Shown: positions 42,801 through 58,529 of the stretch, in pieces
Layout of the letters: every line of letters starts with the position of its first letter
Numbering within the stretch: the first letter of the stretch is position 1
Source of the DNA: Eledone cirrhosa
Taxonomy: Eukaryota
Direction of reading: 5' to 3'
Assembly (NCBI GenBank): GCA_964016885.1
Contig: OZ024742.1
Location: 244,342,001 to 244,406,000, forward strand
DNA: 64,000 bases
Notes under the pieces: generated by a model
What the model saw: only the letters and a program-made list of their open reading frames with translations
Database searches by the model: none
Told to the model about the DNA's origin: nothing
Position numbers and translations under genes: made by a program

Positions 42801-45800
42801 CACTCTACTCCATTCTCTCCTATATTACTCCCACTCATGCTCTTACTATTCTTGTCAATCTACTCCATACTCTCCTACATTACTCCCACTCATGCTCTTA
42901 CTATTCTTGTCACTCTACTCCATTCTCTCCCACATTACTCCCACTCATGCTCTTACTATTCTTGTCACTCTACTTCATTCTCTCCTACATTCTCTCCCAC
43001 TCATGCTCTTACTATTCTTGTCACTCTACTCCATTCTCTCCTACATTACTCCCACTCATGCTCTTACTATTCTTGTCACTCTACTCCATTCTCTCCTATA
43101 TTACTCCCACTCATGCTCTTACTATTCTTGTCACTCTACTCCATTCTCTCCTATATTACTCCCACTCATGCTCTTACTATTCTTGTCAATCTACTCCATT
43201 CTCTCCTACATTACTCCCACTCATGCTCTTACTATTCTTGTCACTCTACTTCATTCTCTCCTATATTACTTCCACTCATGCTCTTACTATTCTTGTCACT
43301 CTACTCCATTCTCTCCCACATTACTCCCACTCATGCTCTTACTATTCTTGTCACTCTACTTCATTCTCTCCTACATTCTCTCCCACTCATGCTCTTACTA
43401 TTCTTGTCACTCTACTCCATTCTCTCCTACATTACTCCCACTCATGCTCTTACTATTCTTGTCACTCTACTCCATTCTCTCCCACATTACTCCCACTCAT
43501 GCTCTTACTATTCTTGTCACTCTACTCCATTCTCTCCCACATTACTCCCACTCATGCTCTTACTATTCTTGTCACTCTACTCCATTCTCTCCTACATTCT
43601 CTCCCACTCATGCTCTTACTATTCTTGTCACTCTACTCCATTCTCTCCTACATTACTCCCACTCATGCTCTTACTATTCTTGTCACTCTACTCCATTCTC
43701 TCCCACATTACTCCCACTCATGCTCTTACTATTCTTGTCACTCTACTTCATTCTCTCCTACATTACTCCCACTCATGCTCTTACTATTCTTGTCACTCTA
43801 CTTCATTCTCTCCCACATTACTCCCACTCATGCTCTTACTATTCTTGTCACTCTACTCCATTCTCTCCCACATTACTCCCACTCATGCTCTTACTATTCT
43901 TGTCACTCTACTTCATTCTCTCCTATATTACTCCCACTCATGCTCTTACTATTCTTGTCACTCTACTCCATTCTCTCCCACATTACTCCCACTCATGCTC
44001 TTACTATTCTTGTCACTCTACTTCATTCTCTCCTACATTCTCTCCCACTCATGCTCTTACTATTCTTGTCACTCTACTCCATTCTCTCCTACATTACTCC
44101 CACTCATGCTCTTACTATTCTTGTCACTCTACTCCATTCTCTCCTACATTACTCCCACTCATGCTCTTACTATTCTTGTCACTCTACTTCATTCTCTCCT
44201 ACATTACTCCCACTCATGCTCTTACTATTCTTGTCACTCTACTTCATTCTCTCCTACATTACTCCCACTCATGCTCTTACTATTCTTGTCACTCTACTTC
44301 ATTCTCTCCCACATTACTCCCACTCATGCTCTTACTATTCTTGTCACTCTACTTCATTCTCTGCTACATTACTCCCACTCATGCTCTTAATATTCTTGTC
44401 ACTCTACTCCATTCTCTCCCACATTACTCCCACTCATGCTCTTACTATTCTTGTCACTATACTTCATTCTCTCCTATATTACTCCCACTCATGCTCTTAT
44501 AATTCTTGTCACTCTACTCCATTCTCTCCTATATTACTCCCACTCATGCTCTTACTATTCTTGTCACTCTACTCCATTCTCTCCTATATTACTCCCACTC
44601 ATGCTCTTACTATTCTTGTCACTCTACTCCATTCTCTCCTATATTACTCCCACTCATGCTCTTACTATTCTTGTCAATCTACTCCATTCTCTCCTACATT
44701 ACTCCCACTCATGCTCTTACTATTCTTGTCACTCTACTTCATTCTCTCCTATATTACTTCCACTCATGCTCTTACTATTCTTGTCACTCTACTCCATTCT
44801 CTCCTACATTCTCTCCCACTCATGCTCTTACTATTCTTGTCACTCTACTCCATTCTCTCCTACATTACTCCCACTCATGCTCTTACTATTCTTGTCACTC
44901 TACTCCATTCTCTCCCACATTACTCCCACTCATGCTCTTACTATTCTTGTCACTCTACTTCATTCTCTCCTACATTCTCTCCCACTCATGCTCTTACTAT
45001 TCTTGTCACTCTACTCTATTCTCTCCCACATTACTCCCACTCATGCTCTTACTATTCTTGTCACTCTACTTCATTCTCTCCTACATTACTCCCACTCATG
45101 CTCTTACTATTCTTGTCACTCTACTTCATTCTCTCCTATATTACTCCCACTCATGCTCTTACTATTCTTGTCACTCTACTCCATTCTCTCCCACATTACT
45201 CCCACTCATACTCTTACTATTCTTGTCACTCTACTTCATTCTCTCCTACATTCTCTCCCACTCATGCTCTTATTATTCTTGTCACTCTACTCCATTCTCT
45301 CCTACATTACTCCCACTCATGCTCTTACTATTCTTGTCACTCTACTCCATTCTCTCCTACATTACTCCCACTCATGCTCTTACTACTCTTGTCACTCTAC
45401 TCCATTCTCTCCTATATTACTCCCACTCATGCTCTTACTATTCTTGTCAATCTACTCCATACTCTCCTACATTACTCCCACTCATGCTCTTACTATTCTT
45501 GTCACTCTACTCCATTCTCTCCTACATTACTCCCACTCATGCTCTTACTATTCTTGTCACTCTACTCCATTCTCTCCCACATTACTCCCACTCATGCTCT
45601 TACTATTCTTGTCACTCTACTTCATTCTCTCCTACATTCTCTCCCACTCATGCTCTTACTATTCTTGTCACTCTACTCTATTCTCTCCCACATTACTCCC
45701 ACTCATGCTCTTACTATTCTTGTCACTCTACTTCATTCTCTCCTACATTACTCCCACTCATGCTCTTACTATTCTTGTCACTCTACTTCATTCTCTCCTA

Positions 45801-48800
45801 TATTACTCCCACTCATGCTCTTACTATTCTTGTCACTCTACTCCATTCTCTCCCACATTACTCCCACTCATACTCTTACTATTCTTGTCACTCTACTTCA
45901 TTCTCTCCTACATTCTCTCCCACTCATGCTCTTATTATTCTTGTCACTCTACTCCATTCTCTCCTACATTACTCCCACTCATGCTCTTACTATTCTTGTC
46001 ACTCTACTCCATTCTCTCCTACATTACTCCCACTCATGCTCTTACTACTCTTGTCACTCTACTCCATTCTCTCCTATATTACTCCCACTCATGCTCTTAC
46101 TATTCTTGTCAATCTACTCCATACTCTCCTACATTACTCCCACTCATGCTCTTACTATTCTTGTCACTCTACTCCATTCTCTCCCACATTACTCCCACTC
46201 ATGCTCTTACTATTCTTGTCACTCTACTTCATTCTCTCCTACATTCTCTCCCACTCATGCTCTTACTATTCTTGTCACTCTACTCCATTCTCTCCTACAT
46301 TACTCCCACTCATGCTCTTACTATTCTTGTCACTCTACTCCATTCTCTCCTATATTACTCCCACTCATGCTCTTACTATTCTTGTCACTCTACTCCATTC
46401 TCTCCTATATTACTCCCACTCATGCTCTTACTATTCTTGTCAATCTACTCCATTCTCTCCTACATTACTCCCACTCATGCTCTTACTATTCTTGTCACTC
46501 TACTTCATTCTCTCCTATATTACTTCCACTCATGCTCTTACTATTCTTGTCACTCTACTCCATTCTCTCCCACATTACTCCCACTCATGCTCTTACTATT
46601 CTTGTCACTCTACTTCATTCTCTCCTACATTCTCTCCCACTCATGCTCTTACTATTCTTGTCACTCTACTCCATTCTCTCCTACATTACTCCCACTCATG
46701 CTCTTACTATTCTTGTCACTCTACTCCATTCTCTCCCACATTACTCCCACTCATGCTCTTACTATTCTTGTCACTCTACTCCATTCTCTCCCACATTACT
46801 CCCACTCATGCTCTTACTATTCTTGTCACTCTACTCCATTCTCTCCTACATTCTCTCCCACTCATGCTCTTACTATTCTTGTCACTCTACTCCATTCTCT
46901 CCTACATTACTCCCACTCATGCTCTTACTATTCTTGTCACTCTACTCCATTCTCTCCCACATTACTCCCACTCATGCTCTTACTATTCTTGTCACTCTAC
47001 TTCATTCTCTCCTACATTACTCCCACTCATGCTCTTACTATTCTTGTCACTCTACTTCATTCTCTCCCACATTACTCCCACTCATGCTCTTACTATTCTT
47101 GTCACTCTACTCCATTCTCTCCCACATTACTCCCACTCATGCTCTTACTATTCTTGTCACTCTACTTCATTCTCTCCTATATTACTCCCACTCATGCTCT
47201 TACTATTCTTGTCACTCTACTCCATTCTCTCCCACATTACTCCCACTCATGCTCTTACTATTCTTGTCACTCTACTTCATTCTCTCCTACATTCTCTCCC
47301 ACTCATGCTCTTACTATTCTTGTCACTCTACTCCATTCTCTCCTACATTACTCCCACTCATGCTCTTACTATTCTTGTCACTCTACTCCATTCTCTCCTA
47401 CATTACTCCCACTCATGCTCTTACTATTCTTGTCACTCTACTTCATTCTCTCCTACATTACTCCCACTCATGCTCTTACTATTCTTGTCACTCTACTTCA
47501 TTCTCTCCTACATTACTCCCACTCATGCTCTTACTATTCTTGTCACTCTACTTCATTCTCTCCCACATTACTCCCACTCATGCTCTTACTATTCTTGTCA
47601 CTCTACTTCATTCTCTGCTACATTACTCCCACTCATGCTCTTAATATTCTTGTCACTCTACTCCATTCTCTCCCACATTACTCCCACTCATGCTCTTACT
47701 ATTCTTGTCACTATACTTCATTCTCTCCTATATTACTCCCACTCATGCTCTTATAATTCTTGTCACTCTACTCCATTCTCTCCTATATTACTCCCACTCA
47801 TGCTCTTACTATTCTTGTCACTCTACTCCATTCTCTCCTATATTACTCCCACTCATGCTCTTACTATTCTTGTCACTCTACTCCATTCTCTCCTATATTA
47901 CTCCCACTCATGCTCTTACTATTCTTGTCAATCTACTCCATTCTCTCCTACATTACTCCCACTCATGCTCTTACTATTCTTGTCACTCTACTTCATTCTC
48001 TCCTATATTACTTCCACTCATGCTCTTACTATTCTTGTCACTCTACTCCATTCTCTCCTACATTCTCTCCCACTCATGCTCTTACTATTCTTGTCACTCT
48101 ACTCCATTCTCTCCTACATTACTCCCACTCATGCTCTTACTATTCTTGTCACTCTACTCCATTCTCTCCCACATTACTCCCACTCATGCTCTTACTATTC
48201 TTGTCACTCTACTTCATTCTCTCCTACATTCTCTCCCACTCATGCTCTTACTATTCTTGTCACTCTACTCTATTCTCTCCCACATTACTCCCACTCATGC
48301 TCTTACTATTCTTGTCACTCTACTTCATTCTCTCCTACATTACTCCCACTCATGCTCTTACTATTCTTGTCACTCTACTTCATTCTCTCCTATATTACTC
48401 CCACTCATGCTCTTACTATTCTTGTCACTCTACTCCATTCTCTCCCACATTACTCCCACTCATACTCTTACTATTCTTGTCACTCTACTTCATTCTCTCC
48501 TACATTCTCTCCCACTCATGCTCTTATTATTCTTGTCACTCTACTCCATTCTCTCCTACATTACTCCCACTCATGCTCTTACTATTCTTGTCACTCTACT
48601 CCATTCTCTCCTACATTACTCCCACTCATGCTCTTACTACTCTTGTCACTCTACTTCATTCTCTCCTACATTACTCCCACTCATACTCTTACTATTCTTG
48701 TCACTCTACTTCATTCTCTCCTACATTACTCCCACTCATGCTCTTACTATTCTTGTCACTCTACTTCATTCTCTCCCACATTACTCCCACTCATGCTCTT

Positions 48801-51800
48801 ACTATTCTTGTCACTCTACTTCATTCTCTGCTACATTACTCCCACTCATGCTCTTAATATTCTTGTCACTCTACTCCATTCTCTCCCACAATACTCCCAC
48901 TCATGCTCTTACTATTCTTGTCACTCTACTTCATTCTCTCCTATATTACTCCCACTCATGCTCTTATAATTCTTGTCACTCTACTCCATTCTCTCCTATA
49001 TTACTCCCACTCATGCTCTTACTATTCTTGTCACTCTACTCCATTCTCTCCTATATTACTCCCACTCATGCTCTTACTATTCTTGTCACTCTACTCCATT
49101 CTCTCCTATATTACTCCCACTCATGCTCTTACTATTCTTGTCAATCTACTCCATTCTCTCCTACATTACTCCCACTCATGCTCTTACTATTCTTGTCACT
49201 CTACTTCATTCTCTCCTATATTACTTCCACTCATGCTCTTACTATTCTTGTCACTCTACTCCATTCTCTCCTACATTCTCTCCCACTCATGCTCTTACTA
49301 TTCTTGTCACTCTACTCCATTCTCTCCTACATTACTCCCACTCATGCTCTTACTATTCTTGTCACTCTACTCCATTCTCTCCCACATTACTCCCACTCAT
49401 GCTCTTACTATTCTTGTCACTCTACTTCATTCTCTCCTACATTACTCCCACTCATGCTCTTACTATTCTTGTCACTCTACTTCATTCTCTCCCACATTAC
49501 TCCCACTCATGCTCTTACTATTCTTGTCACTCTACTCCATTCTCTCCTATATTACTCCCACTCATGCTCTTACTATTCTTGTCAATCTACTCCATACTCT
49601 CCTACATTACTCCCACTCATGCTCTTACTATTCTTGTCACTCTACTCCATTCTCTCCCACATTACTCCCACTCATGCTCTTACTATTCTTGTCACTCTAC
49701 TTCATTCTCTCCTACATTCTCTCCCACTCATGCTCTTACTATTCTTGTCACTCTACTCCATTCTCTCCTACATTACTCCCACTCATGCTCTTACTATTCT
49801 TGTCACTCTACTCCATTCTCTCCCACATTACTCCCACTCATGCTCTTACTATTCTTGTCACTCTACTTCATTCTCTCCTACATTACTCCCACTCATGCTC
49901 TTACTATTCTTGTCACTCTACTTCATTCTCTCCTATATTACTCCCACTCATGCTCTTACTATTCTTGTCACTCTACTCCATTCTCTCCCACATTACTCCC
50001 ACTCATGCTCTTACTATTCTTGTCACTCTACTTCATTCTCTCCTACATTCTCTCCCACTCATGCTCTTACAATTCTTGTCACTCTACTCCATTCTCTCCT
50101 ACATTACTTCCACTCATGCTCTTACTATTCTTGTCACTCTACTCCATTCTCTCCTACATTACTCCCACTCATGCTCTTACTATTCTTGTCACTCTACTTC
50201 ATTCTCTCCTACATTACTCCCACTCATGCTCTTACTATTCTTGTCACTCTACTTCATTCTCTCCTCCATTACTCCCACTCATGCTCTTACTATTCTTGTC
50301 ACTCTACTTCATTCTCTCCTCCATTACTCCCACTCATGCTCTTACTATTCTTGTCACTCTACTCCATTCTCTCCTACATTACTCCCACTCATGCTCTTAC
50401 TATTCTTGTCACTCTACTTCATTCTCTCCTATATTACTCCCACTCATGCTCTTATAATTTTTGTCACTCTACTCCATTCTCTCCTATATTACTCCCACTC
50501 ATGCTCTTACTATTCTTGTCACTCTACTCCATTCTCTCCTATATTACTCCCACTCATGCTCTTACTATTCTTGTCACTCTACTCCATTCTCTCCTATATT
50601 ACTCCCACTCATGCTCTTACTATTCTTGTCAATCTACTCCATTCTCTCCTACATTACTCCCACTCATGCTCTTACTATTCTTGTCACTCTACTTCATTCT
50701 CTCCTATATTACTCCCACTCATGCTCTTACTATTCTTGTCACTCTACTCCATTCTCTCCTACATTACTCCCACTCATGCTCTTACTATTCTTGTCACTCT
50801 ACTCTATTCTCTCCTACAATACTCCCACTCATGCTCTTACTATTCTTGTCACTCTACTCCATTCTCTCCTTCATTACTCCCACTCATGCTCTTACTATTC
50901 TTGTCACTCTATTCCATTCTCTCCTACATTACTCCCACTCATGCTCTTACTATTCTTGTCACTCTACTCCATTCTCTCCTTCATTACTCCCACTCATGCT
51001 CTTACTATTCTTGTCACTCTACTCCATTCTCTCCCACATTACTCCCACTCATGCTCTTACTATTCTTGTCACTCTACTTCATTCTCTCCTACATTACTCC
51101 CACTCATGCTCTTACTATTCTTGTCACTCTACTCCATTCTCTCCTATATTACTCCCACTCATGCTCTTACTATTCTTGTCATTCTACTCCATTCTCTCCT
51201 ATATTACTCCCACTCATGCTCTTACTATTCTTGTCACTCTACTCCATTCTCTCCTTCATTACTCCCACTCATGCTCTTACTATTCTTGTCACTCTACTCC
51301 ATTCTCTCCCACATTACTCCCACTCATGCTCTTACTATTCTTGTCACTCTACTTCATTCTCTCCTACATTACTCCCACTCATGCTCTTACTATTCTTGTC
51401 ACTCTACTTCATTCTCTCCCACATTACTCCCACTCATGCTCTTACTATTCTTGTCACTCTACTCCATTCTCTCCTATATTACTCCCACTCATGCTCTTAC
51501 TATTCTTGTCAATCTACTCCATACTCTCCTACATTACTCCCACTCATGCTCTTACTATTCTTGTCACTCTACTCCATTCTCTCCCACATTACTCCCACTC
51601 ATGCTCTTACTATTCTTGTCACTCTACTTCATTCTCTCCTACATTCTCTCCCACTCATGCTCTTACTATTCTTGTCACTCTACTCCATTCTCTCCTACAT
51701 TACTCCCACTCATGCTCTTACTATTCTTGTCACTCTACTCCATTCTCTCCCACATTACTCCCACTCATGCTCTTACTATTCTTGTCACTCTACTTCATTC

Positions 51801-54800
51801 TCTCCTACATTACTCCCACTCATGCTCTTACTATTCTTGTCACTCTACTTCATTCTCTCCTATATTACTCCCACTCATGCTCTTACTATTCTTGTCACTC
51901 TACTCCATTCTCTCCCACATTACTCCCACTCATGCTCTTACTATTCTTGTCACTCTACTTCATTCTCTCCTACATTCTCTCCCACTCATGCTCTTACAAT
52001 TCTTGTCACTCTACTCCATTCTCTCCTACATTACTTCCACTCATGCTCTTACTATTCTTGTCACTCTACTCCATTCTCTCCTACATTACTCCCACTCATG
52101 CTCTTACTATTCTTGTCACTCTACTTCATTCTCTCCTACATTACTCCCACTCATGCTCTTACTATTCTTGTCACTCTACTTCATTCTCTCCTCCATTACT
52201 CCCACTCATGCTCTTACTATTCTTGTCACTCTACTTCATTCTCTCCTCCATTACTCCCACTCATGCTCTTACTATTCTTGTCACTCTACTCCATTCTCTC
52301 CTACATTACTCCCACTCATGCTCTTACTATTCTTGTCACTCTACTTCATTCTCTCCTATATTACTCCCACTCATGCTCTTATAATTTTTGTCACTCTACT
52401 CCATTCTCTCCTATATTACTCCCACTCATGCTCTTACTATTCTTGTCACTCTACTCCATTCTCTCCTATATTACTCCCACTCATGCTCTTACTATTCTTG
52501 TCACTCTACTCCATTCTCTCCTATATTACTCCCACTCATGCTCTTACTATTCTTGTCAATCTACTCCATTCTCTCCTACATTACTCCCACTCATGCTCTT
52601 ACTATTCTTGTCACTCTACTTCATTCTCTCCTATATTACTCCCACTCATGCTCTTACTATTCTTGTCACTCTACTCCATTCTCTCCTACATTACTCCCAC
52701 TCATGCTCTTACTATTCTTGTCACTCTACTCTATTCTCTCCTACAATACTCCCACTCATGCTCTTACTATTCTTGTCACTCTACTCCATTCTCTCCTTCA
52801 TTACTCCCACTCATGCTCTTACTATTCTTGTCACTCTATTCCATTCTCTCCTACATTACTCCCACTCATGCTCTTACTATTCTTGTCACTCTACTCCATT
52901 CTCTCCTTCATTACTCCCACTCATGCTCTTACTATTCTTGTCACTCTACTCCATTCTCTCCCACATTACTCCCACTCATGCTCTTACTATTCTTGTCACT
53001 CTACTTCATTCTCTCCTACATTACTCCCACTCATGCTCTTACTATTCTTGTCACTCTACTCCATTCTCTCCTATATTACTCCCACTCATGCTCTTACTAT
53101 TCTTGTCATTCTACTCCATTCTCTCCTATATTACTCCCACTCATGCTCTTACTATTCTTGTCACTCTCCTCCATTCTCTCCTACATTACTCCCACTCATG
53201 CTCTTACTATTCTTGTCACTCTACTTCATTCTCTCCTATATTACTCCCACTCATGCTGTTACTATTCTTGTCACTCTACTCCATTCTCTCCTACATTACT
53301 CCCACTCATGCTCTTACTATTCTTGTCACTCTACTCCATTCTCTCCTACAATACTCCCACTCATGCTCTTACTATTCTTGTCACTCTACTCCATTCTCTC
53401 CTTCATTACTCCCACTCATGCTCTTACTATTCTTGTCACTCTACTCCATTCTCTCCTACATTACTCCCACTCATGCTCTTACTATTCTTGTCACTCTACT
53501 CCATTCTCTCCTTCATTACTCCCACTCATGCTCTTACTATTCTTGTCACTCTACTCCATTCTCTCCTATATTACTCCCACTCATGCTCTTACTATTCTTG
53601 TCACTCTCCTCCATTCTCTCCTACATTACTCCCACTCATGCTCTTACTATTCTTGTCACTCTACTTCATTCTCTCCTATATTACTCCCACTCATGCTCTT
53701 ACTATTCTTGTCAATCTACTCCATTCTCTCCTACATTACTCCCACTCATGCTCTTACTATTCTTGTCACTCTACTTCATTCTCTCCTATATTACTCCCAC
53801 TCATGCTCTTACTATTCTTGTAACTCTACTCCATTCTCTCCTACATTACTCCCACTCATGCTATTACTATTCTTGTCACTCTACTCTATTCTCTCCTACA
53901 ATACTCCCACTCATGCTCTTACTATTCTTGTCACTCTACTCCATTCTCTCCTTCATTACTCCCACTCATGCTCTTACTATTCTTGTCACTCTATTCCATT
54001 CTCTCCTACATTACTCCCACTCATGCTCTTACTATTCTTGTCACTCTACTCCATTCTCTCCTACATTACTCCCACTCATGCTCTTACTATTCTTGTCACT
54101 CTACTCCATTCTCTCCTTCATTCCTCCCACTCATGCTCTTACTATTCTTGTCACTCTACTCGATTCTCTCCTATATTACTCCCACTCATGCTCTTACTAT
54201 TCTTGTCACTCTCCTCCATTCTCTCCTATATTACTCCCACTCATGCTCTTACTATTCTTGTCACTCTACTCCATTCTCTCCTACATTACTCCCACTCATG
54301 CTCTTACTATTCTTGTCACTCTACTCCATTCTCTCCTACATTACTCCCACTCATGCTCTTACTATTCTTGTCACTCTACTTCATTCTCTCCTACATTACT
54401 CCCACTCATGCTCTTACTATTCTTGTCACTCTACTCCATTCTCTCCCACATTACTCCCACTCATGCTCTTACTATTCTTGTCACTCTACTTCATTCTCTC
54501 CTACATTACTCCCACTCATGCTCTTACTATTCTTGTCACTCTACTTCATTCTCTCCCACATTACTCCCACTCATGCTCTTACTATTCTTGTCACTCTACT
54601 CCATTCTCTCCTATATTACTCCCACTCATGCTCTTACTATTCTTGTCAATCTACTCCATACTCTCCTACATTACTCCCACTCATGCTCTTACTATTCTTG
54701 TCACTCTACTCCATTCTCTCCCACATTACTCCCACTCATGCTCTTACTATTCTTGTCACTCTACTTCATTCTCTCCTACATTCTCTCCACTCATGCTCTT

Positions 54801-57800
54801 ACTATTCTTGTCACTCTACTCCATTCTCTCCTACATTACTCCCACTCATGCTCTTACTATTCTTGTCACTCTACTCCATTCTCTCCCACATTACTCCCAC
54901 TCATGCTCTTACTATTCTTGTCACTCTACTTCATTCTCTCCTACATTACTCCCACTCATGCTCTTACTATTCTTGTCACTCTACTTCATTCTCTCCTATA
55001 TTACTCCCACTCATGCTCTTACTATTCTTGTCACTCTACTCCATTCTCTCCCACATTACTCCCACTCATGCTCTTACTATTCTTGTCACTCTACTTCATT
55101 CTCTCCTACATTCTCTCCCACTCATGCTCTTACAATTCTTGTCACTCTACTCCATTCTCTCCTACATTACTTCCACTCATGCTCTTACTATTCTTGTCAC
55201 TCTACTCCATTCTCTCCTACATTACTCCCACTCATGCTCTTACTATTCTTGTCACTCTACTTCATTCTCTCCTACATTACTCCCACTCATGCTCTTACTA
55301 TTCTTGTCACTCTACTTCATTCTCTCCTCCATTACTCCCACTCATGCTCTTACTATTCTTGTCACTCTACTTCATTCTCTCCTCCATTACTCCCACTCAT
55401 GCTCTTACTATTCTTGTCACTCTACTCCATTCTCTCCTACATTACTCCCACTCATGCTCTTACTATTCTTGTCACTCTACTTCATTCTCTCCTATATTAC
55501 TCCCACTCATGCTCTTTAATTTTTGTCACTCTACTCCATTCTCTCCTATATTACTCCCACTCATGCTCTTACTATTCTTGTCACTCTACTCCATTCTCTC
55601 CTATATTACTCCCACTCATGCTCTTACTATTCTTGTCACTCTACTCCATTCTCTCCTATATTACTCCCACTCATGCTCTTACTATTCTTGTCAATCTACT
55701 CCATTCTCTCCTACATTACTCCCACTCATGCTCTTACTATTCTTGTCACTCTACTTCATTCTCTCCTATATTACTCCCACTCATGCTCTTACTATTCTTG
55801 TCACTCTACTCCATTCTCTCCTACATTACTCCCACTCATGCTCTTACTATTCTTGTCACTCTACTCTATTCTCTCCTACAATACTCCCACTCATGCTCTT
55901 ACTATTCTTGTCACTCTACTCCATTCTCTCCTTCATTACTCCCACTCATGCTCTTACTATTCTTGTCACTCTATTCCATTCTCTCCTACATTACTCCCAC
56001 TCATGCTCTTACTATTCTTGTCACTCTACTCCATTCTCTCCTTCATTACTCCCACTCATGCTCTTACTATTCTTGTCACTCTACTCCATTCTCTCCCACA
56101 TTACTCCCACTCATGCTCTTACTATTCTTGTCACTCTACTTCATTCTCTCCTACATTACTCCCACTCATGCTCTTACTATTCTTGTCACTCTACTCCATT
56201 CTCTCCTATATTACTCCCACTCATGCTCTTACTATTCTTGTCATTCTACTCCATTCTCTCCTATATTACTCCCACTCATGCTCTTACTATTCTTGTCACT
56301 CTCCTCCATTCTCTCCTACATTACTCCCACTCATGCTCTTACTATTCTTGTCACTCTACTTCATTCTCTCCTATATTACTCCCACTCATGCTGTTACTAT
56401 TCTTGTCACTCTACTCCATTCTCTCCTACATTACTCCCACTCATGCTCTTACTATTCTTGTCACTCTACTCCATTCTCTCCTACAATACTCCCACTCATG
56501 CTCTTACTATTCTTGTCACTCTACTCCATTCTCTCCTTCATTACTCCCACTCATGCTCTTACTATTCTTGTCACTCTACTCCATTCTCTCCTACATTACT
56601 CCCACTCATGCTCTTACTATTCTTGTCACTCTACTCCATTCTCTCCTTCATTACTCCCACTCATGCTCTTACTATTCTTGTCACTCTACTCCATTCTCTC
56701 CTATATTACTCCCACTCATGCTCTTACTATTCTTGTCACTCTCCTCCATTCTCTCCTACATTACTCCCACTCATGCTCTTACTATTCTTGTCACTCTACT
56801 TCATTCTCTCCTATATTACTCCCACTCATGCTCTTACTATTCTTGTCAATCTACTCCATTCTCTCCTACATTACTCCCACTCATGCTCTTACTATTCTTG
56901 TCACTCTACTTCATTCTCTCCTATATTACTCCCACTCATGCTCTTACTATTCTTGTAACTCTACTCCATTCTCTCCTACATTACTCCCACTCATGCTATT
57001 ACTATTCTTGTCACTCTAATCTATTCTCTCCTACAATACTCCCACTCATGCTCTTACTATTCTTGTCACTCTACTCCATTCTCTCCTTCATTACTCCCAC
57101 TCATGCTCTTACTATTCTTGTCACTCTATTCCATTCTCTCCTACATTACTCCCACTCATGCTCTTACTATTCTTGTCACTCTACTCCATTCTCTCCTACA
57201 TTACTCCCACTCATGCTCTTACTATTCTTGTCACTCTACTCCATTCTCTCCTTCATTCCTCCCACTCATGCTCTTACTATTCTTGTCACTCTACTCGATT
57301 CTCTCCTATATTACTCCCACTCATGCTCTTACTATTCTTGTCACTCTCCTCCATTCTCTCCTATATTACTCCCACTCATGCTCTTACTATTCTTGTCACT
57401 CTACTCCATTCTCTCCTACATTACTCCCACTCATGCTCTTACTATTCTTGTCACTCTACTCCATTCTCTCCTACATTACTCCCACTCATGCTCTTACTAT
57501 TCTTGTCACTCTACTTCATTCTCTCCTACATTACTCCCACTCATGCTCTTACTATTCTTGTCACTCTACTCCATTCTCTCCTACATTACTCCCACTCATG
57601 CTCTTACTATTCTTGTCACTCTACTTCATTCTCTCCTACATTACTCCCACTCATGCTCTTACTATTCTTGTCACTCTACTCCATTCTCTCCTATATTACT
57701 CCCACTCATGCTCTTACTATTCTTGTCACTCTACTCCATTCTCTCCTACATTACTCCCACTCATGCTCTTACTATTCTTGTCACTCTACTTCATTCTCTC

Positions 57801-58329
57801 CTTCATTACTCCCACTCATGCTCTTACTATTCTTGTCACTCTACTTCATTCTCTCCTACATTACTCCCACTCATGCTCTTACTATTCTTGTCACTCTACT
57901 CCATTCTCTCCTACATTACTCCCACTCATGCTCTTACTATTCTTGTCACTCTACTTCATTCTCTCCTACATTACTCCCACTCATGCTCTTACTATTCTTG
58001 TCACTCTACTCCATTCTCTCCTATATTACTCCCACTCATGCTCTTACTATTCTTGTCACTCTACTTCCATTCTCTCCTATATTACTCCCACTCATGCTCT
58101 TACTATTCTTGTCACTCTACTCATTCTCTCCTACATTACTCCCACTCATGCTCTTACTATTCTTGTCACTCTACTCCATTCTCTCCTACTATTACTCCCA
58201 CTCATGCTCTTACTATTCTTGTCACTCTACTCCATTCTCTCCTATATTACTCCCACTCATGCTCTTACTATTCTTGTCACTCTACTCCATTCTCTCCTAT
58301 ATTACTCCCACTCATGCTCTTACTATTCT
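6828..58329. repeat. 55-bp tandem satellite array B, pre-gap segment (about 935 units)
   Basis: Consensus TCATGCTCTTACTATTCTTGTCACTCTACT(C/T)CATTCTCTCCTA(C/T)ATTACTCCCAC (22 T, 21 C, 10 A, 2 G), head-to-tail in a single orientation. It includes a recurrent 56-bp variant and nested block duplications. Confidence 0.98.
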
Positions 58330-58529
58330 NNNNNNNNNNNNNNNNNNNNNNNNNNNNNNNNNNNNNNNNNNNNNNNNNNNNNNNNNNNNNNNNNNNNNNN
58401 NNNNNNNNNNNNNNNNNNNNNNNNNNNNNNNNNNNNNNNNNNNNNNNNNNNNNNNNNNNNNNNNNNNNNNNNNNNNNNNNNNNNNNNNNNNNNNNNNNNN
58501 NNNNNNNNNNNNNNNNNNNNNNNNNNNNN
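58330..58529. other. Assembly gap (200 N) inside array B
   Basis: Exactly 200 N with the same 55-bp repeat in the same orientation on both sides. A round number suggests a scaffolding placeholder of unknown true size. Confidence 0.97.
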
